The notes: generated by a model not told the origin, from the letters alone. 40,362 nucleotides of DNA from Bacteroidales bacterium (GCA_017612675.1 JAGAFI010000032.1:1-40362), one strand, 5' to 3'. Shown: positions 18,450 to 28,976, numbered from the stretch's first letter. Numbers and translations are program-made.

Positions 18450-20642
18450 ATGAAACTGAAAAGTATTCTCCTTGCCGCAGCTGCCTGTCTTTTCGTGGCG
18501 GCGTGCGACCAGAAACCCGACGAGCCCGGGCTTCCTTATCTGACCATCGACGAGCAGAGCGACGCTGTGCTTCTCGAGTTCGATTCCGCCCAGGCGGAGA
18601 AGACGGTCATCGTCAAATCCAACCGGGAATGGCAGTTCGAAGCGCTTGCCGACGATGCCGATTGGCTGGACATCGCTCCCGCCGGCAAGCAGGCCGCCGC
18701 TCCCAAGGGCGTGGGCGTGACCGTGACCGTGACGAAGAACACCGGTGCGGACCGCAAGTATGTGGTGAATTGCTCCAACGGCACCAAGACCGTAGCCCTC
18801 ACCGTCAAGCAGAAAGGCGAGCAGGGCCCCAGCGGCGAGATTCTCGAAGAGAGCTTCGAGGAGTCCCTCGGCGAGTTTACCATCGACGACGTGAACAAAC
18901 CTTCCGGCGTGAATTTCATCTGGGCGTATGCCAGCAATTTCAAGTGTGCCAAGGCGAGCGCTTATGTCAACAAGACCAACTACGAGTCCGAGAGCTGGCT
19001 GGTGTCCCCGCTGGTGGATCTGACCGGCGAGACGGCGGCGTACCTGAACTTCGACCACGCCGGCAACGCGTACAACGAGAAAGGCAAGGCCAACACCGTC
19101 TGGGTGCGTGAAGGCACGGACGGCACGTGGACGAAGCTCTCCGTCCCGCAGGACCACCTGTACGATGCCGCATTTACCTTCAAGAACTCCGGCGACATCG
19201 ACCTCAAGGACTATCTGGGCAAGAAAATCCAGATTGGTTTCAAATATACGTCCACCAGTTCCAAGGCCGGTACGTGGGAAGTGAAGAATGTCAAGATTAC
19301 CCGCACCGCCGCGCCGGTCGTCGGACCGACGGTCTGCACCACCATTGCGGAGGTCAAGGCCCTCGGCGCCGGTGCCAACATGCAGCTCCAGAACGCGCTG
19401 GCCGTGCAGGTGAACGCCACGGGCGCCCTGCTCAGCGACGGCACGGACTATATCTATGTGTATGCCGGCGAAACCCCCGCCTTCAAGCTCGGGGACAAGC
19501 TCAACATCACCGCCGCCATCGCGGAATATCCCGCCAACAGCGGCCGCCTGCAGCTGAACCCGAAGGGCGTGGAAGTGCTTTCTTCCGGCAACGCCGTCTC
19601 CTATCCCACCCCGAAGGACATCACGGCGGAATTTGACACCTATGCGCCCGCCGGCATCGAATATGTGAAAGTGCGCGGCACCCTCGTGGTCTCCGGAAAT
19701 TACTACAACCTGAACGTGGACGGCGCCACCGCCAAGACCGGCAGCCTCGTTTCCCCGGCGGACGACCTGTCCACCTTCAACAACATGCTGTGCGAGGTGA
19801 CCGGCTTCTATGTTTACAGCACCGGTTCCGGCAGCAAGTACACGAATATCGCCTATACGGAAATCAAGCCCGCCGGCGGTTTCCTGAGCGCTTCTCCTTC
19901 GACCATCAAGGTGCCGGCGGAAGCGACGACGGCTTCTTTCAACATCAAGTCCGACCAGAGTTGGAACATCGTTTCTTCCACGATGGGCATCGAGATTTCG
20001 CCGATCAGCGGCGACGGGGATGCGGAAGTGTCCCTGAAGTTCCCGTCCAATGCGGCGTTCACCGAAATCAAGACGACGTTCACGATTTCCTGCATCAGCA
20101 GCGAAAGCGTGCCGGCGGTCACGGTGACCCTCGTCCAGGCGGCCATGCCGGATCCCAACGTGACGGTGCTGGAACTGACCAATGCGGAAATCTGCGCTTC
20201 GCTGGAAGCGGCTGTCGCCGGCGGTGCCAACGGATACACCACGGTGGACTTCACCAGCGCTTCCGGTACGTGGTCCGGCCTGGTCAACGCCCAGACCAAT
20301 GCGGACAAGACGCTCAAGACGACCTATGTGCAGATGCGGAACAAGAACGGTTCCCACCTGCTCTCCCCGAAATTCTCCTCTGCGGTCGAGAAAATCGAAT
20401 TCTCCCTCACGGAGGGCATGAATGAAGGCCAGAAGCGTATCCTCTTTGCCATGCCCGCGAATACCGACCTGCCTGCGAGCGCGGCTTATACCGAGGCCCT
20501 TTACAAGAACGAATACGGCTCCGTCGAGACCTCTGGTCCCGGCACGTACACGCTTTCGTTTGCGGCGGACACGGATACGTTCATGCTGATTGTCAAAGGC
20601 GGCGCCACCTACATCGACAACATCAAGGTGTATCTGAAGTAG
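18450..20642 (+). CDS. Surface lipoprotein with BACON, jelly-roll (DUF5017/choice-of-anchor-like) and OB-fold domains
   Basis: Lipobox FVAAC; BACON VKSNREW..W..R; SWLVSPLVDL..LNFDH..IGFKYTS..WEVKNVKI; OB-like TTIAEV..LSDGTDYIYVY..LGDKL; second BACON IKSDQSW. Confidence 0.75.
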   Translation: MKLKSILLAAAACLFVAACDQKPDEPGLPYLTIDEQSDAVLLEFDSAQAEKTVIVKSNREWQFEALADDADWLDIAPAGKQAAAPKGVGVTVTVTKNTGADRKYVVNCSNGTKTVALTVKQKGEQGPSGEILEESFEESLGEFTIDDVNKPSGVNFIWAYASNFKCAKASAYVNKTNYESESWLVSPLVDLTGETAAYLNFDHAGNAYNEKGKANTVWVREGTDGTWTKLSVPQDHLYDAAFTFKNSGDIDLKDYLGKKIQIGFKYTSTSSKAGTWEVKNVKITRTAAPVVGPTVCTTIAEVKALGAGANMQLQNALAVQVNATGALLSDGTDYIYVYAGETPAFKLGDKLNITAAIAEYPANSGRLQLNPKGVEVLSSGNAVSYPTPKDITAEFDTYAPAGIEYVKVRGTLVVSGNYYNLNVDGATAKTGSLVSPADDLSTFNNMLCEVTGFYVYSTGSGSKYTNIAYTEIKPAGGFLSASPSTIKVPAEATTASFNIKSDQSWNIVSSTMGIEISPISGDGDAEVSLKFPSNAAFTEIKTTFTISCISSESVPAVTVTLVQAAMPDPNVTVLELTNAEICASLEAAVAGGANGYTTVDFTSASGTWSGLVNAQTNADKTLKTTYVQMRNKNGSHLLSPKFSSAVEKIEFSLTEGMNEGQKRILFAMPANTDLPASAAYTEALYKNEYGSVETSGPGTYTLSFAADTDTFMLIVKGGATYIDNIKVYLK

Positions 20643-20654
20643 CGCCACTGCCGT

Positions 20655-21803
20655 ATGCAAGCGTTCCGTTCACACCGGATTCTGCTTCCCCTTCTGCTGC
20701 TGACGGGGCTCTTCTCCTGCGAGAAGGCCCCGCAGCCGGATGCGGGGGAGGCTGTGCTGGAAGTCGCGTTGCGGCGCAGCGAGGGGGACAAAGCGGCAGA
20801 TGCCGTGTTCGTCAGCGTGACGGCGACGGGGAACTGGACGCTTTCCCTTGCGTTTGAGGAAGGGGATGGATGGGCGTCCCTGTCGGCCCGGGAGGGAACG
20901 GGGAACAAGAGCAACATCATCCTCGATTATGCGGCCAATGCCACCGGGGAAGACCGCGGCGTGACCATCTGTGCGAAAAGCGGGCTCCTCGAAGCTTCGG
21001 CCTATTTCGTCCAGCGGGGCCGGGCCGCCGACCCGCAGCGGCCGGATGCCGTGGCCGGATGGCTGGAACTGCCGGGTACGTATGACGACGACGGGCTTTC
21101 TTTCTACCACCATGAAATGACCCTCGGCACGGTCAAGACCCGGAATTATTCGTATTATTGGGACAAGCAGGCCCTGGTCGCGCACTGGGTGGCCTATCCG
21201 CTCAACAGCTGGACCATTTCCACCGGCACGCGCACCAATGCCTGGGGCACGCTTGACCCGAAACTCCCGGAATCCCAGCAGCCCATCCTGTACAAGGGTT
21301 TCAGCGGGTATGACCGGGGGCATCAGCTTCCCTCTGCAGACCGCCTGAGCCTGGCGGCCAACGTGCAGACGTTCTACGGGACCAACATTACCCCGCAGCT
21401 GGGGTCCCTGAACCAGAAAATCTGGGCGACGCTGGAGGGGAACGTCCGGGACTGGTGCCGCAAGTTCGACACCCTGTACGTCGTGACGGGCTGTTGCGTC
21501 GAAAAGAGCACGAAGGTGGCTTACGACAATGCCGGAAAGGCCGTCAAAGTGCCCACGGCGTATTACAAGGCCCTGCTCGGCTATTGCCGGAACGGCACTT
21601 TCGGCATCACCCAATCTACAGGCGGTTATTCGGCCATCGGCTTTTATTTCCCCCACGAGGCCTACAACGGCAGCGTGATGGACAAGGCGATGACCGTGGA
21701 CGAACTGGAAAAACTCGTACAAGTCGATTTCTTCGTCAACCTGCCCGCCGACATTGAAACCATCGTAGAATCCACCCGCGACAACGCCTGGTGGAAATTA
21801 TAA
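20655..21803 (+). CDS. Lipoprotein DNA/RNA non-specific endonuclease (NucA/EndoG beta-beta-alpha-Me family) with N-terminal BACON domain
   Basis: Lipobox LFSC; WLELP, RNYS, WVAYPL, catalytic YDRGH (DRGH at 21312-21323), TF..TNITPQ..LNQ.IW..LE and VPTAYYKALL. Confidence 0.92.
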   Translation: MQAFRSHRILLPLLLLTGLFSCEKAPQPDAGEAVLEVALRRSEGDKAADAVFVSVTATGNWTLSLAFEEGDGWASLSAREGTGNKSNIILDYAANATGEDRGVTICAKSGLLEASAYFVQRGRAADPQRPDAVAGWLELPGTYDDDGLSFYHHEMTLGTVKTRNYSYYWDKQALVAHWVAYPLNSWTISTGTRTNAWGTLDPKLPESQQPILYKGFSGYDRGHQLPSADRLSLAANVQTFYGTNITPQLGSLNQKIWATLEGNVRDWCRKFDTLYVVTGCCVEKSTKVAYDNAGKAVKVPTAYYKALLGYCRNGTFGITQSTGGYSAIGFYFPHEAYNGSVMDKAMTVDELEKLVQVDFFVNLPADIETIVESTRDNAWWKL

Positions 21804-21807
21804 CCAC

Positions 21808-22884
21808 ATGTTTATGAAAAAGACCGTCCTTTTGATTGTAGCGGTTTTCGTCTGGGTTGCCGCCGTTGCCCAGGGCAACGGCATGCGCAGCCATGTCATC
21901 GGCTTCTACAATCTTGAAAACCTGTTCGACACCGTCGATGACCCCGCCCACAATGACGAGGAATACCTTCCCGAAGGGGGAAACAAGTGGACCGAGGTGA
22001 AGTACGCGAAGAAAATCCGGAACATGGCCAAGGTCATCCGGGCCATCCGCAACGACAACGGGGTATATCACTCCGTGCTGGGCGTCTGTGAAATCGAAAA
22101 CCGGCGCGTGCTGGAAGATTTGGTGAGCGACCCGCAGATTGCGGACGCCAATTTCCAGATTGTCCACTATGACGGCCCGGACCGGCGCGGCGTGGACGTG
22201 GGGCTGCTGTACCGCCCCGGCAGGTTTACCTTGCTGGACAGCGAATCCATCCCGTTCAAGTTCGAAGGCACGAAAGTGGCCATCACGCTGGATGAAAAGG
22301 CGCAGGAGAATTTCCGCACCCGTGACATCCTGATGGTACACGGGCTGATTGAAGGAGAGCATTTCGCTTTCTACGTGACCCACCTGCCTTCCCGTGTCGG
22401 CGGCAAGGGCGGCGACCTCCGCTGTCTGGGCGCGGAAATCATCTACAAGCATTCCCGCGAAATGGAAGCCCGCTATCCGGGCATTAAAATCGTGGTGATG
22501 GGAGACATGAACGACAACCCCACCGACGACAGCCAGACCGTCTGGCTGCATGGCCGGGAGACCATCGACGAGATGGAGCCCGCCGATTTCTTCAACCCGT
22601 TCATCCGGATGCTCAAGGACGGTTACGGCTCCCTTGCCTACCAGGGGGAATGGAACATCTATGACATCCTGCAAGTGAACTACAACCTGGCGAAGGCACC
22701 CCAGGGGGGATTCAAGATTCGTCCCATTGTCCGGAAGAAGTATTACGGGCGCATTTTCCACAAGCCCTTTATGGTGCAGCAGCGCGGCCAGTACAAAGGC
22801 CAGCCCTTCCGGACGTTCTCGGGAGGCGCCTTCATCGGCGGCTTCTCGGACCACTTTCCGACCTATATCGTGATCAGCAAATGA
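21808..22884 (+). CDS. Secreted endonuclease/exonuclease/phosphatase (EEP, DNase I-like) protein
   Basis: Signal peptide; FYNLENLFD, GVCEIEN, D.RGVDV, HLPSR, MGDMND and GFSDHFP catalytic motifs. Start 21808 or 21814. Confidence 0.9.
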   Translation: MFMKKTVLLIVAVFVWVAAVAQGNGMRSHVIGFYNLENLFDTVDDPAHNDEEYLPEGGNKWTEVKYAKKIRNMAKVIRAIRNDNGVYHSVLGVCEIENRRVLEDLVSDPQIADANFQIVHYDGPDRRGVDVGLLYRPGRFTLLDSESIPFKFEGTKVAITLDEKAQENFRTRDILMVHGLIEGEHFAFYVTHLPSRVGGKGGDLRCLGAEIIYKHSREMEARYPGIKIVVMGDMNDNPTDDSQTVWLHGRETIDEMEPADFFNPFIRMLKDGYGSLAYQGEWNIYDILQVNYNLAKAPQGGFKIRPIVRKKYYGRIFHKPFMVQQRGQYKGQPFRTFSGGAFIGGFSDHFPTYIVISK

Positions 22885-25826
22885 TACCTGCCATGAAAAA
22901 ACTTATTCTTGTATGCAATCTCCTGCTGCTGGCGCTCGCCGCGTCCGCACAGACGGGCGGCATCCGGGCCGGTGTGGTGGACCGCATGGGGCGGACGCCC
23001 ATCGCCGGCGCCTCCGTGGAGTTGTTCCGGGCCGGAGAGAAGATTGCCGGCCAGACGACCGGGGAGGACGGCAGTTTCCTCTTCGAGAAACTGGAAGACG
23101 GCCCTTATACCCTGGAAGTCAAAAACCCGGAATTCAACGATGCCATCCTGCACGTCAACGTGGAGAAGGGAACCATCCGGGACCTGGTCTGCGTGACCAT
23201 GACCCTGCGGAATACGATGGAAGAACCCGATCCGGTCATGTTCGTGGATTTGGACATGACGGATGCCGGTTATTCCGATTCCCCGACCATCCTGTTCGGG
23301 GCGAATGATGTCTATAACAACATCGCCGGATACGGTTTCAGTTCCGTGCGTTTCAAGAACCGGGGCTACAATTCCGAGACCCAGGACGTGTATCTCGCCG
23401 GGGTCAAGATGAATGACGCGCTGACGGGTTACAGCCCGTTCTCCCTGTGGAGCGGCCTCAACGAGGCGATGCGGAGCAAGGAAAGCACCGTGGGGCTGGA
23501 GCCGGCGGATTATGGTGTCGGCGGCTACAACGGCACCACCAACATTGCGGCGCTGCCTTCGAGCGTGCGGCCTGGCTGGCGCTTCAGCGTCCTCACCAAT
23601 TCTGCCCTCTACCGCCTGCGCCTGATGACCAACTATGCCAGCGGCGTGCTGGACAACGGCTGGAGCTTTGCCGTGAACGCCAGCGCCCGGCTCGGCGGGA
23701 ATGACTGGATAAAGGGCGTGTATTACCGTTCTTTCGCCCTGTATGCCGGGGCGGAGAAGCAATTCGGGGATGAGCACCGCCTTGCTTTCTTCGCTTTTGC
23801 CACGCCCGGGGAGCGGGGTGCCCAGAATGCCTCCACCCAGGAAGTGTATGACCTGATGGGAGACAATATGTACAACTCCAACTGGGGCTACCAGAACGGA
23901 AAAGTGCGCAACTCCCGTGTCCGCAAGACTTTCGAACCGGTCGTCGGCCTGAAATATGAGTTTACGCCCTCCACCGATTTGAACGTGGCGGCCACCCTGT
24001 TGTGGCGCACCGGCTGGAACGGCTATACGGCCATCGATTTTTACGACGCGATGGACCCCCGTCCCGACTACTACCGCAACCTCCCGTCCTATTTCTATAT
24101 GGATGATTCCGACTACAACCGCGAGAATCCCGAAAAGGCGGCCTGGGCGACGGAAATGTGGAGCCAGCATATCCCGGCGTACTACAATTACCAGCACCTG
24201 AACTGGGACCGGCTGTACAACGTCAATTACAACAATGCGGACCGGCGCAGCAAGTATGCGCTGGAAGAACGCCATGTGGACCAGAACGACATCAACATGG
24301 CGCTTACCGCCAAATGGCGCATCAACGACCTGATTTCCCTTTCTGGCGGAATGACCGGCAAAATCAACCGGACGGAGAACTACAAGAAAATCGACGACCT
24401 GCTCGGCGGGCAGTATTACCTGAACGTGGACCAGTTCGCAGAACGGGACTTCGCTTCCAACGAGGCCTTCATCCAGAACGATTTGGATTATTTCTTCGCC
24501 AACGGCACCGCCGAAAAAATCCAGACGGGCGGGCGCTACGGCTATGATTATCTCGCGCAGGTGCGCAAACTGGGCGCCTGGGCAAGCGGACGTTTCCAGC
24601 TGGACAACTTTACCGTCACGGCGGCCATGACGGCCGGGTATGAGGCGATGTGGCGGGAAGGCCGCATGCGCAAGGGTCTGTTTGCGGGCCTGGACGACGA
24701 CGGCAATGAAATCTGGTACCAGGGGACCAAGCTGACCGCGTATGACGCCAAGGGGCGTGTCATTTCCTCGAAAGGCAAGTCCGAAGTCGCGCAGTTCTTC
24801 ACCTGTGCGTTCAAGGCCGGTGCCGAATATGCCTGGCGCGGCGGTCACCGCATCGCGGCCAATGTCGGCATCTTCAGCGATGCCCCGACCTTCAAGCAGG
24901 CGTTTATCTCCGCCCGTACCCGCAACACCCTTGTGGACGGGCTCAAGAACACGGAAACGGCTTCCGCCGACCTGACGTACCAGTTCACCCGTTCCGGCTA
25001 CAACGTGCGGTTGACCGGTTTCTATACCGGCATCTGGAACCAGACGGACGTCATCAGTTTCTACGACGACTCGCAGCAGAGTTTCACCAATTTCGCCATG
25101 ACGAACATTAACCAGCGCCACATGGGCATTGAACTGGGCGTGAAGGTGCCGCTGTTCGTGCAGGGGCTGTCCCTGAGCGGGGTGTTGAGTCTGGGCGAAT
25201 ACATCTATACGAGTACGCCTCACGTGGTGCAGACCATCGACAACAGTTCAGAGATTGTCCGGGACGAGGATGTGACCTACTGGCAGCGGACGCCGGTTTT
25301 CAAGAGCTATATCAACGAGAGCGGCCGCAAGGAATACGAGCGGGATCTGGACGGCAATTTCGTCGTGGACCACTACCAGAAGCATTATATTCCGTCCACG
25401 CCGCAGCTGGCTTCTCAAATCGCCCTCAACTACCGTACCCGCAGCTACTGGTTCTTCGAAATCAACGGGCAGTACATGCAGAACTCCTACCTGTCCATGA
25501 ATCCGCTCTACCGGACGGAATCGGCGAACAAGGGAAGCGAAAGCAACCCGGAAATCATCGAGTACATGACGGCGCAGGAGAAATTCGACCCGGCGTTCCT
25601 GCTCAATGCGAGCATGGGCAAGAGCTGGTACATCAAGCGCAAGTACAGCATCGGTTTTTCCATGGAAGTCAAGAACATCCTGAACAACCGTGACGTCAAG
25701 ACGGGCGGCTACGAACAGACCCGCCTCATCAGCAGCGACAAGAAAGACCGCTATTACAAGTTCTACCCCAAGTACTTCTACATGTGCGGCGCCAACTATA
25801 TGTTGAACATCTATTTCAGGTTCTAA
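22881..25826 (+). CDS. TonB-dependent-type outer-membrane beta-barrel receptor
   Basis: Signal peptide, N-terminal carboxypeptidase-regulatory-like domain, plug-like FKNRGYNS..WSGLN, YNSNWGYQNGK.RNSR, DPRPDYYRNLPSY and C-terminal YMLNIYFRF. Start 22881 (ATGA overlap) or 22893. Confidence 0.85.
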   Translation: MIPAMKKLILVCNLLLLALAASAQTGGIRAGVVDRMGRTPIAGASVELFRAGEKIAGQTTGEDGSFLFEKLEDGPYTLEVKNPEFNDAILHVNVEKGTIRDLVCVTMTLRNTMEEPDPVMFVDLDMTDAGYSDSPTILFGANDVYNNIAGYGFSSVRFKNRGYNSETQDVYLAGVKMNDALTGYSPFSLWSGLNEAMRSKESTVGLEPADYGVGGYNGTTNIAALPSSVRPGWRFSVLTNSALYRLRLMTNYASGVLDNGWSFAVNASARLGGNDWIKGVYYRSFALYAGAEKQFGDEHRLAFFAFATPGERGAQNASTQEVYDLMGDNMYNSNWGYQNGKVRNSRVRKTFEPVVGLKYEFTPSTDLNVAATLLWRTGWNGYTAIDFYDAMDPRPDYYRNLPSYFYMDDSDYNRENPEKAAWATEMWSQHIPAYYNYQHLNWDRLYNVNYNNADRRSKYALEERHVDQNDINMALTAKWRINDLISLSGGMTGKINRTENYKKIDDLLGGQYYLNVDQFAERDFASNEAFIQNDLDYFFANGTAEKIQTGGRYGYDYLAQVRKLGAWASGRFQLDNFTVTAAMTAGYEAMWREGRMRKGLFAGLDDDGNEIWYQGTKLTAYDAKGRVISSKGKSEVAQFFTCAFKAGAEYAWRGGHRIAANVGIFSDAPTFKQAFISARTRNTLVDGLKNTETASADLTYQFTRSGYNVRLTGFYTGIWNQTDVISFYDDSQQSFTNFAMTNINQRHMGIELGVKVPLFVQGLSLSGVLSLGEYIYTSTPHVVQTIDNSSEIVRDEDVTYWQRTPVFKSYINESGRKEYERDLDGNFVVDHYQKHYIPSTPQLASQIALNYRTRSYWFFEINGQYMQNSYLSMNPLYRTESANKGSESNPEIIEYMTAQEKFDPAFLLNASMGKSWYIKRKYSIGFSMEVKNILNNRDVKTGGYEQTRLISSDKKDRYYKFYPKYFYMCGANYMLNIYFRF

Positions 25827-25827
25827 T

Positions 25828-26988
25828 ATGAAAAAGGTATTTTTCGCGGGATTATCCCTGCTTCTGCTGGCCGTGTCCTGCCAGTCCCTGAAAGAAGAAT
25901 TCGAACCCGTATTCACGGAGATTTATCCGTCGGCGGAAGCGTACCACCGCTATTCAGAGGCGGAAGCGCTTGCGCAGAGCGGTGCCGCGCGCGTCACGAG
26001 CATCCGGGATTTGGTCGCCCGCTACAACGGGGCATCCTTGAAAATCAACGACAACCTGCTTATCAGCGGCATCGTGTCCTCGACCGACCAGCCCGGCAAT
26101 TTCTACAAGAGTTTCTATATCCAGGACGAGACCGGCGGCATCGAAATCAAAATCGGCAAGAACGGCCTCTACAATGATTATCCGCGCGGCCTGCGTGTCT
26201 ATGTAAGCTGCAAGGGCCTGCAACTGGGGATGTACGGCGGCAAGAATGCCGACGTGGGTATGGTGCAGCTTGGTTTCGTGGACCCCACGGGCGAATACGA
26301 GACTTCCTACATCGAGAGTTCCCTGCTGGTCGATGACCACATCTGGCGGGGCGAGATGGAAGGGGCCGTGCAGCCCGCCGTCCTCGGCGCCAACGACCTG
26401 CCCGGCAGCACCGATACCCAGGCCTCCAACCGGAACGTCGGGCGGCTGGTGACCATCAAGGGCCTCGAATATGGCTGGTACGACACCCGCTACAAAGAGG
26501 ACAACGAAGTGTTCGCCCTGCTGTACCTGTCGCTGACGTCGGACAAGAAAGTCTCCTCCAACCGGCTCTTCATTTCCGATTCCAGCGCCAAGACCCATGT
26601 GACGACCTGGGCGATGTCCAAGACCAAGATGACCTCGCTGCTGCTCGCCGGCTATTGGGACGAGTTCTATATCGGCAACGGAAACGACTACAATTACGGC
26701 CAGGTGGGTGACTGGAAATACAAGGGCTTCCCGGACCGGAAGACCAAGCTGTACAGCTACCCCGGCGTGGACCGGCAGGCGGCATCCGTGAGCCATTATT
26801 TTTCCACCCCGGAGAAGGTGTGCGTGCAAATCCGCACCAGCGGCTATGCCAAGTTCAGCGATACGGAAATCAATCCGGCCATCCTGGCCAAGGAGAAGAC
26901 CATCGATGCGACGGGTATCCTGACGATGTATCAGGGGAAAATTCAGTTGAGTCTCAATTCGTTGGATGATATTGTCGTGAACAAGTGA
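25828..26988 (+). CDS. DUF5689-like OB-fold surface lipoprotein
   Basis: Lipobox LLAVSC; SIRDL, ISGIVSS.D..GNFYKSFYIQDETGGIEI, RTSGYAKF and GILTMY...QL motifs. Confidence 0.75.
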   Translation: MKKVFFAGLSLLLLAVSCQSLKEEFEPVFTEIYPSAEAYHRYSEAEALAQSGAARVTSIRDLVARYNGASLKINDNLLISGIVSSTDQPGNFYKSFYIQDETGGIEIKIGKNGLYNDYPRGLRVYVSCKGLQLGMYGGKNADVGMVQLGFVDPTGEYETSYIESSLLVDDHIWRGEMEGAVQPAVLGANDLPGSTDTQASNRNVGRLVTIKGLEYGWYDTRYKEDNEVFALLYLSLTSDKKVSSNRLFISDSSAKTHVTTWAMSKTKMTSLLLAGYWDEFYIGNGNDYNYGQVGDWKYKGFPDRKTKLYSYPGVDRQAASVSHYFSTPEKVCVQIRTSGYAKFSDTEINPAILAKEKTIDATGILTMYQGKIQLSLNSLDDIVVNK

Positions 26989-28967
26989 TGAGAAAAATCC
27001 TGCTTATGCTCATGACCGCACTGGCCGTGGCATCTTGCCGGCAAAATCCGTTTTTCCTCGAATGGGACACGCCTTACGGGATTCCCCCTTTCGAGGAAAT
27101 CCGTATCGGGGATTACCTGCCGGCCATTCAGAAAGGCATCGAAGAACAGGATGCCGCCGTCAAGGCGATTGCGGAAAACCCGGCGGACCCGACTTTCGAG
27201 AACACCATCGTGGCGTTGGAAGAATCGGGCCGGCTGCTGGCGAAGGTGGAAGGCGTCCTGCTCAACCTGTGTGAAAGTGACAACAGCCCGGAACTGGATT
27301 CCCTCATGGCGCAGGTCCTCCCGCTGTTGAGCGAACATGCCGACAACATTTCCTTCAACAAGACGCTTTACCACCGCATCGCCCTGCTGTACCGGCAGGG
27401 ACAGGAGCCGCTCACGCGTGAGCAGCAGATGGTGCTGAAGCGGCATTTCGAGGATTTCGAGCGCGAGGGCGTCGGGCTCTGTGCCCGCGACCAGCGCGAC
27501 CTCAAGGCGCTCAATGCGGAGCTTTCCACCAAAATCCAGCAAATCGGGAACAATATCCTGGCGGAGAACAATGCGTTCCGGGAGCGCTTCGGCATCAGCG
27601 TGTCGGAATATTCGGACGCGATGACCACGACCGAAGACCGCGCCCTGCGCGAGCAGATGTTCCATGCCTATTCGATGCGCGGGCACAACGGCGGGGAGCA
27701 CGACAATACGCAACTGGTCATCGACGTGATGCGGCTGCGTATCCGCAAGGCACATATCCTCGGATACGACTGCCCCGCCTCCTATATCTTGGAGAACAAG
27801 ATGGCGCACGACCCGCGGACGGTGGACGAGTTCCTGGCAGGCATCATGCCGGCAGCCGTCGCGCAGGCCGGGCGGGAGAAGGCGGAAATAGACCGTTTGG
27901 CCGGTTTCCGCACGGAGCCCTGGGACTGGTGGTATTATGCCGAGAAAGTCCGCAAGGAGAAATACGATTTGGACGATGAGCAGATTCGTCCCTATTTCCG
28001 TTACGAGAATGTCCTGCGGGGCGCGTTCCTGGCTGCCAAGCGGCTCTATGGTATCGAGATGGAGGAGATTCCCGGCGTACCCGTCTATAACCCGGCGGCG
28101 ACGACCTACAAAGTGACGGATGCGGACGGTTCGCTGCTCGGCATTTTCATCACCGACCCGTCCCCGCGTACCAGCAAACGGGGGGGCGCGTGGATGAGCA
28201 ATTTCCGCGAACAGTATGTCGATGCGGACGGGAACGAAATCCGTCCTATCATCGTCAATGTCTGCAACCTGCAGGAAACGCTGACCGTGGACGATGTGCA
28301 GACGGTGTTCCACGAATTCGGCCATGCCCTGCACGGGCTGCTGACCCGTTGCCATTATGCTTCCGTCAGCGGGACAAACGTGACGCGGGATTTCGTGGAG
28401 ATGTTTTCACAGTTCAACGAAAACTGGGCGTTCCAGCCGGACCTGCTCGCCGAATATGCCTATAATGACAAGGGAGAACTGATTCCCGCGGAACTGGTGG
28501 AGAAAATCAACCGGGCGATGACGTTCAACCAGGGCTTCATGACGACCGAACTGTGCGCCGCTTCCATTTTGGACATGCGCTGGCACGAGTTGTCCGGGCT
28601 TCCGGAGGAAATTCCGGATGCGGGGGCGTGGATTGACGCATTCGAGGCGGACTGCTGCCGGGAGGCCGGCCTTCCCGACGCCATCATCCCGCGTTATCGC
28701 ACCACGTATTTCAACCACATTTTCGGCAGCGGATACAATGCCGGATATTATGGATACCTGTGGGCGGAAGTGCTGGACAAGGATGCGTTCAGCGCCTTTG
28801 TCGCGTCTCCTGACGGGCCGTGGGACATGGCGCTTGCCACCCGTTTCCGCAGGACATTCCTCGAAAAAGGCGGCGCCGAAGAGCCGATGACCCTGTACAC
28901 GTCCTTTATGGGACGGGAACCGTTGCCGGATGCCATGCTCCGGGCCCGGGGATTACGAAACTTTTGA
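26988..28967 (+). CDS. M3-family metallopeptidase (peptidyl-dipeptidase Dcp-like) lipoprotein
   Basis: Lipobox AVASC; NPF..W.TPYG.PPF, PWDWWYY, KRGGAWM, zinc motif FHEFGHALH, RDFVE..SQ..E and GY.AGYY.YLWAEVLD. ATG overlaps the upstream TGA (TGATG). Confidence 0.92.
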   Translation: MRKILLMLMTALAVASCRQNPFFLEWDTPYGIPPFEEIRIGDYLPAIQKGIEEQDAAVKAIAENPADPTFENTIVALEESGRLLAKVEGVLLNLCESDNSPELDSLMAQVLPLLSEHADNISFNKTLYHRIALLYRQGQEPLTREQQMVLKRHFEDFEREGVGLCARDQRDLKALNAELSTKIQQIGNNILAENNAFRERFGISVSEYSDAMTTTEDRALREQMFHAYSMRGHNGGEHDNTQLVIDVMRLRIRKAHILGYDCPASYILENKMAHDPRTVDEFLAGIMPAAVAQAGREKAEIDRLAGFRTEPWDWWYYAEKVRKEKYDLDDEQIRPYFRYENVLRGAFLAAKRLYGIEMEEIPGVPVYNPAATTYKVTDADGSLLGIFITDPSPRTSKRGGAWMSNFREQYVDADGNEIRPIIVNVCNLQETLTVDDVQTVFHEFGHALHGLLTRCHYASVSGTNVTRDFVEMFSQFNENWAFQPDLLAEYAYNDKGELIPAELVEKINRAMTFNQGFMTTELCAASILDMRWHELSGLPEEIPDAGAWIDAFEADCCREAGLPDAIIPRYRTTYFNHIFGSGYNAGYYGYLWAEVLDKDAFSAFVASPDGPWDMALATRFRRTFLEKGGAEEPMTLYTSFMGREPLPDAMLRARGLRNF

Positions 28968-28976
28968 CCCATTGCC

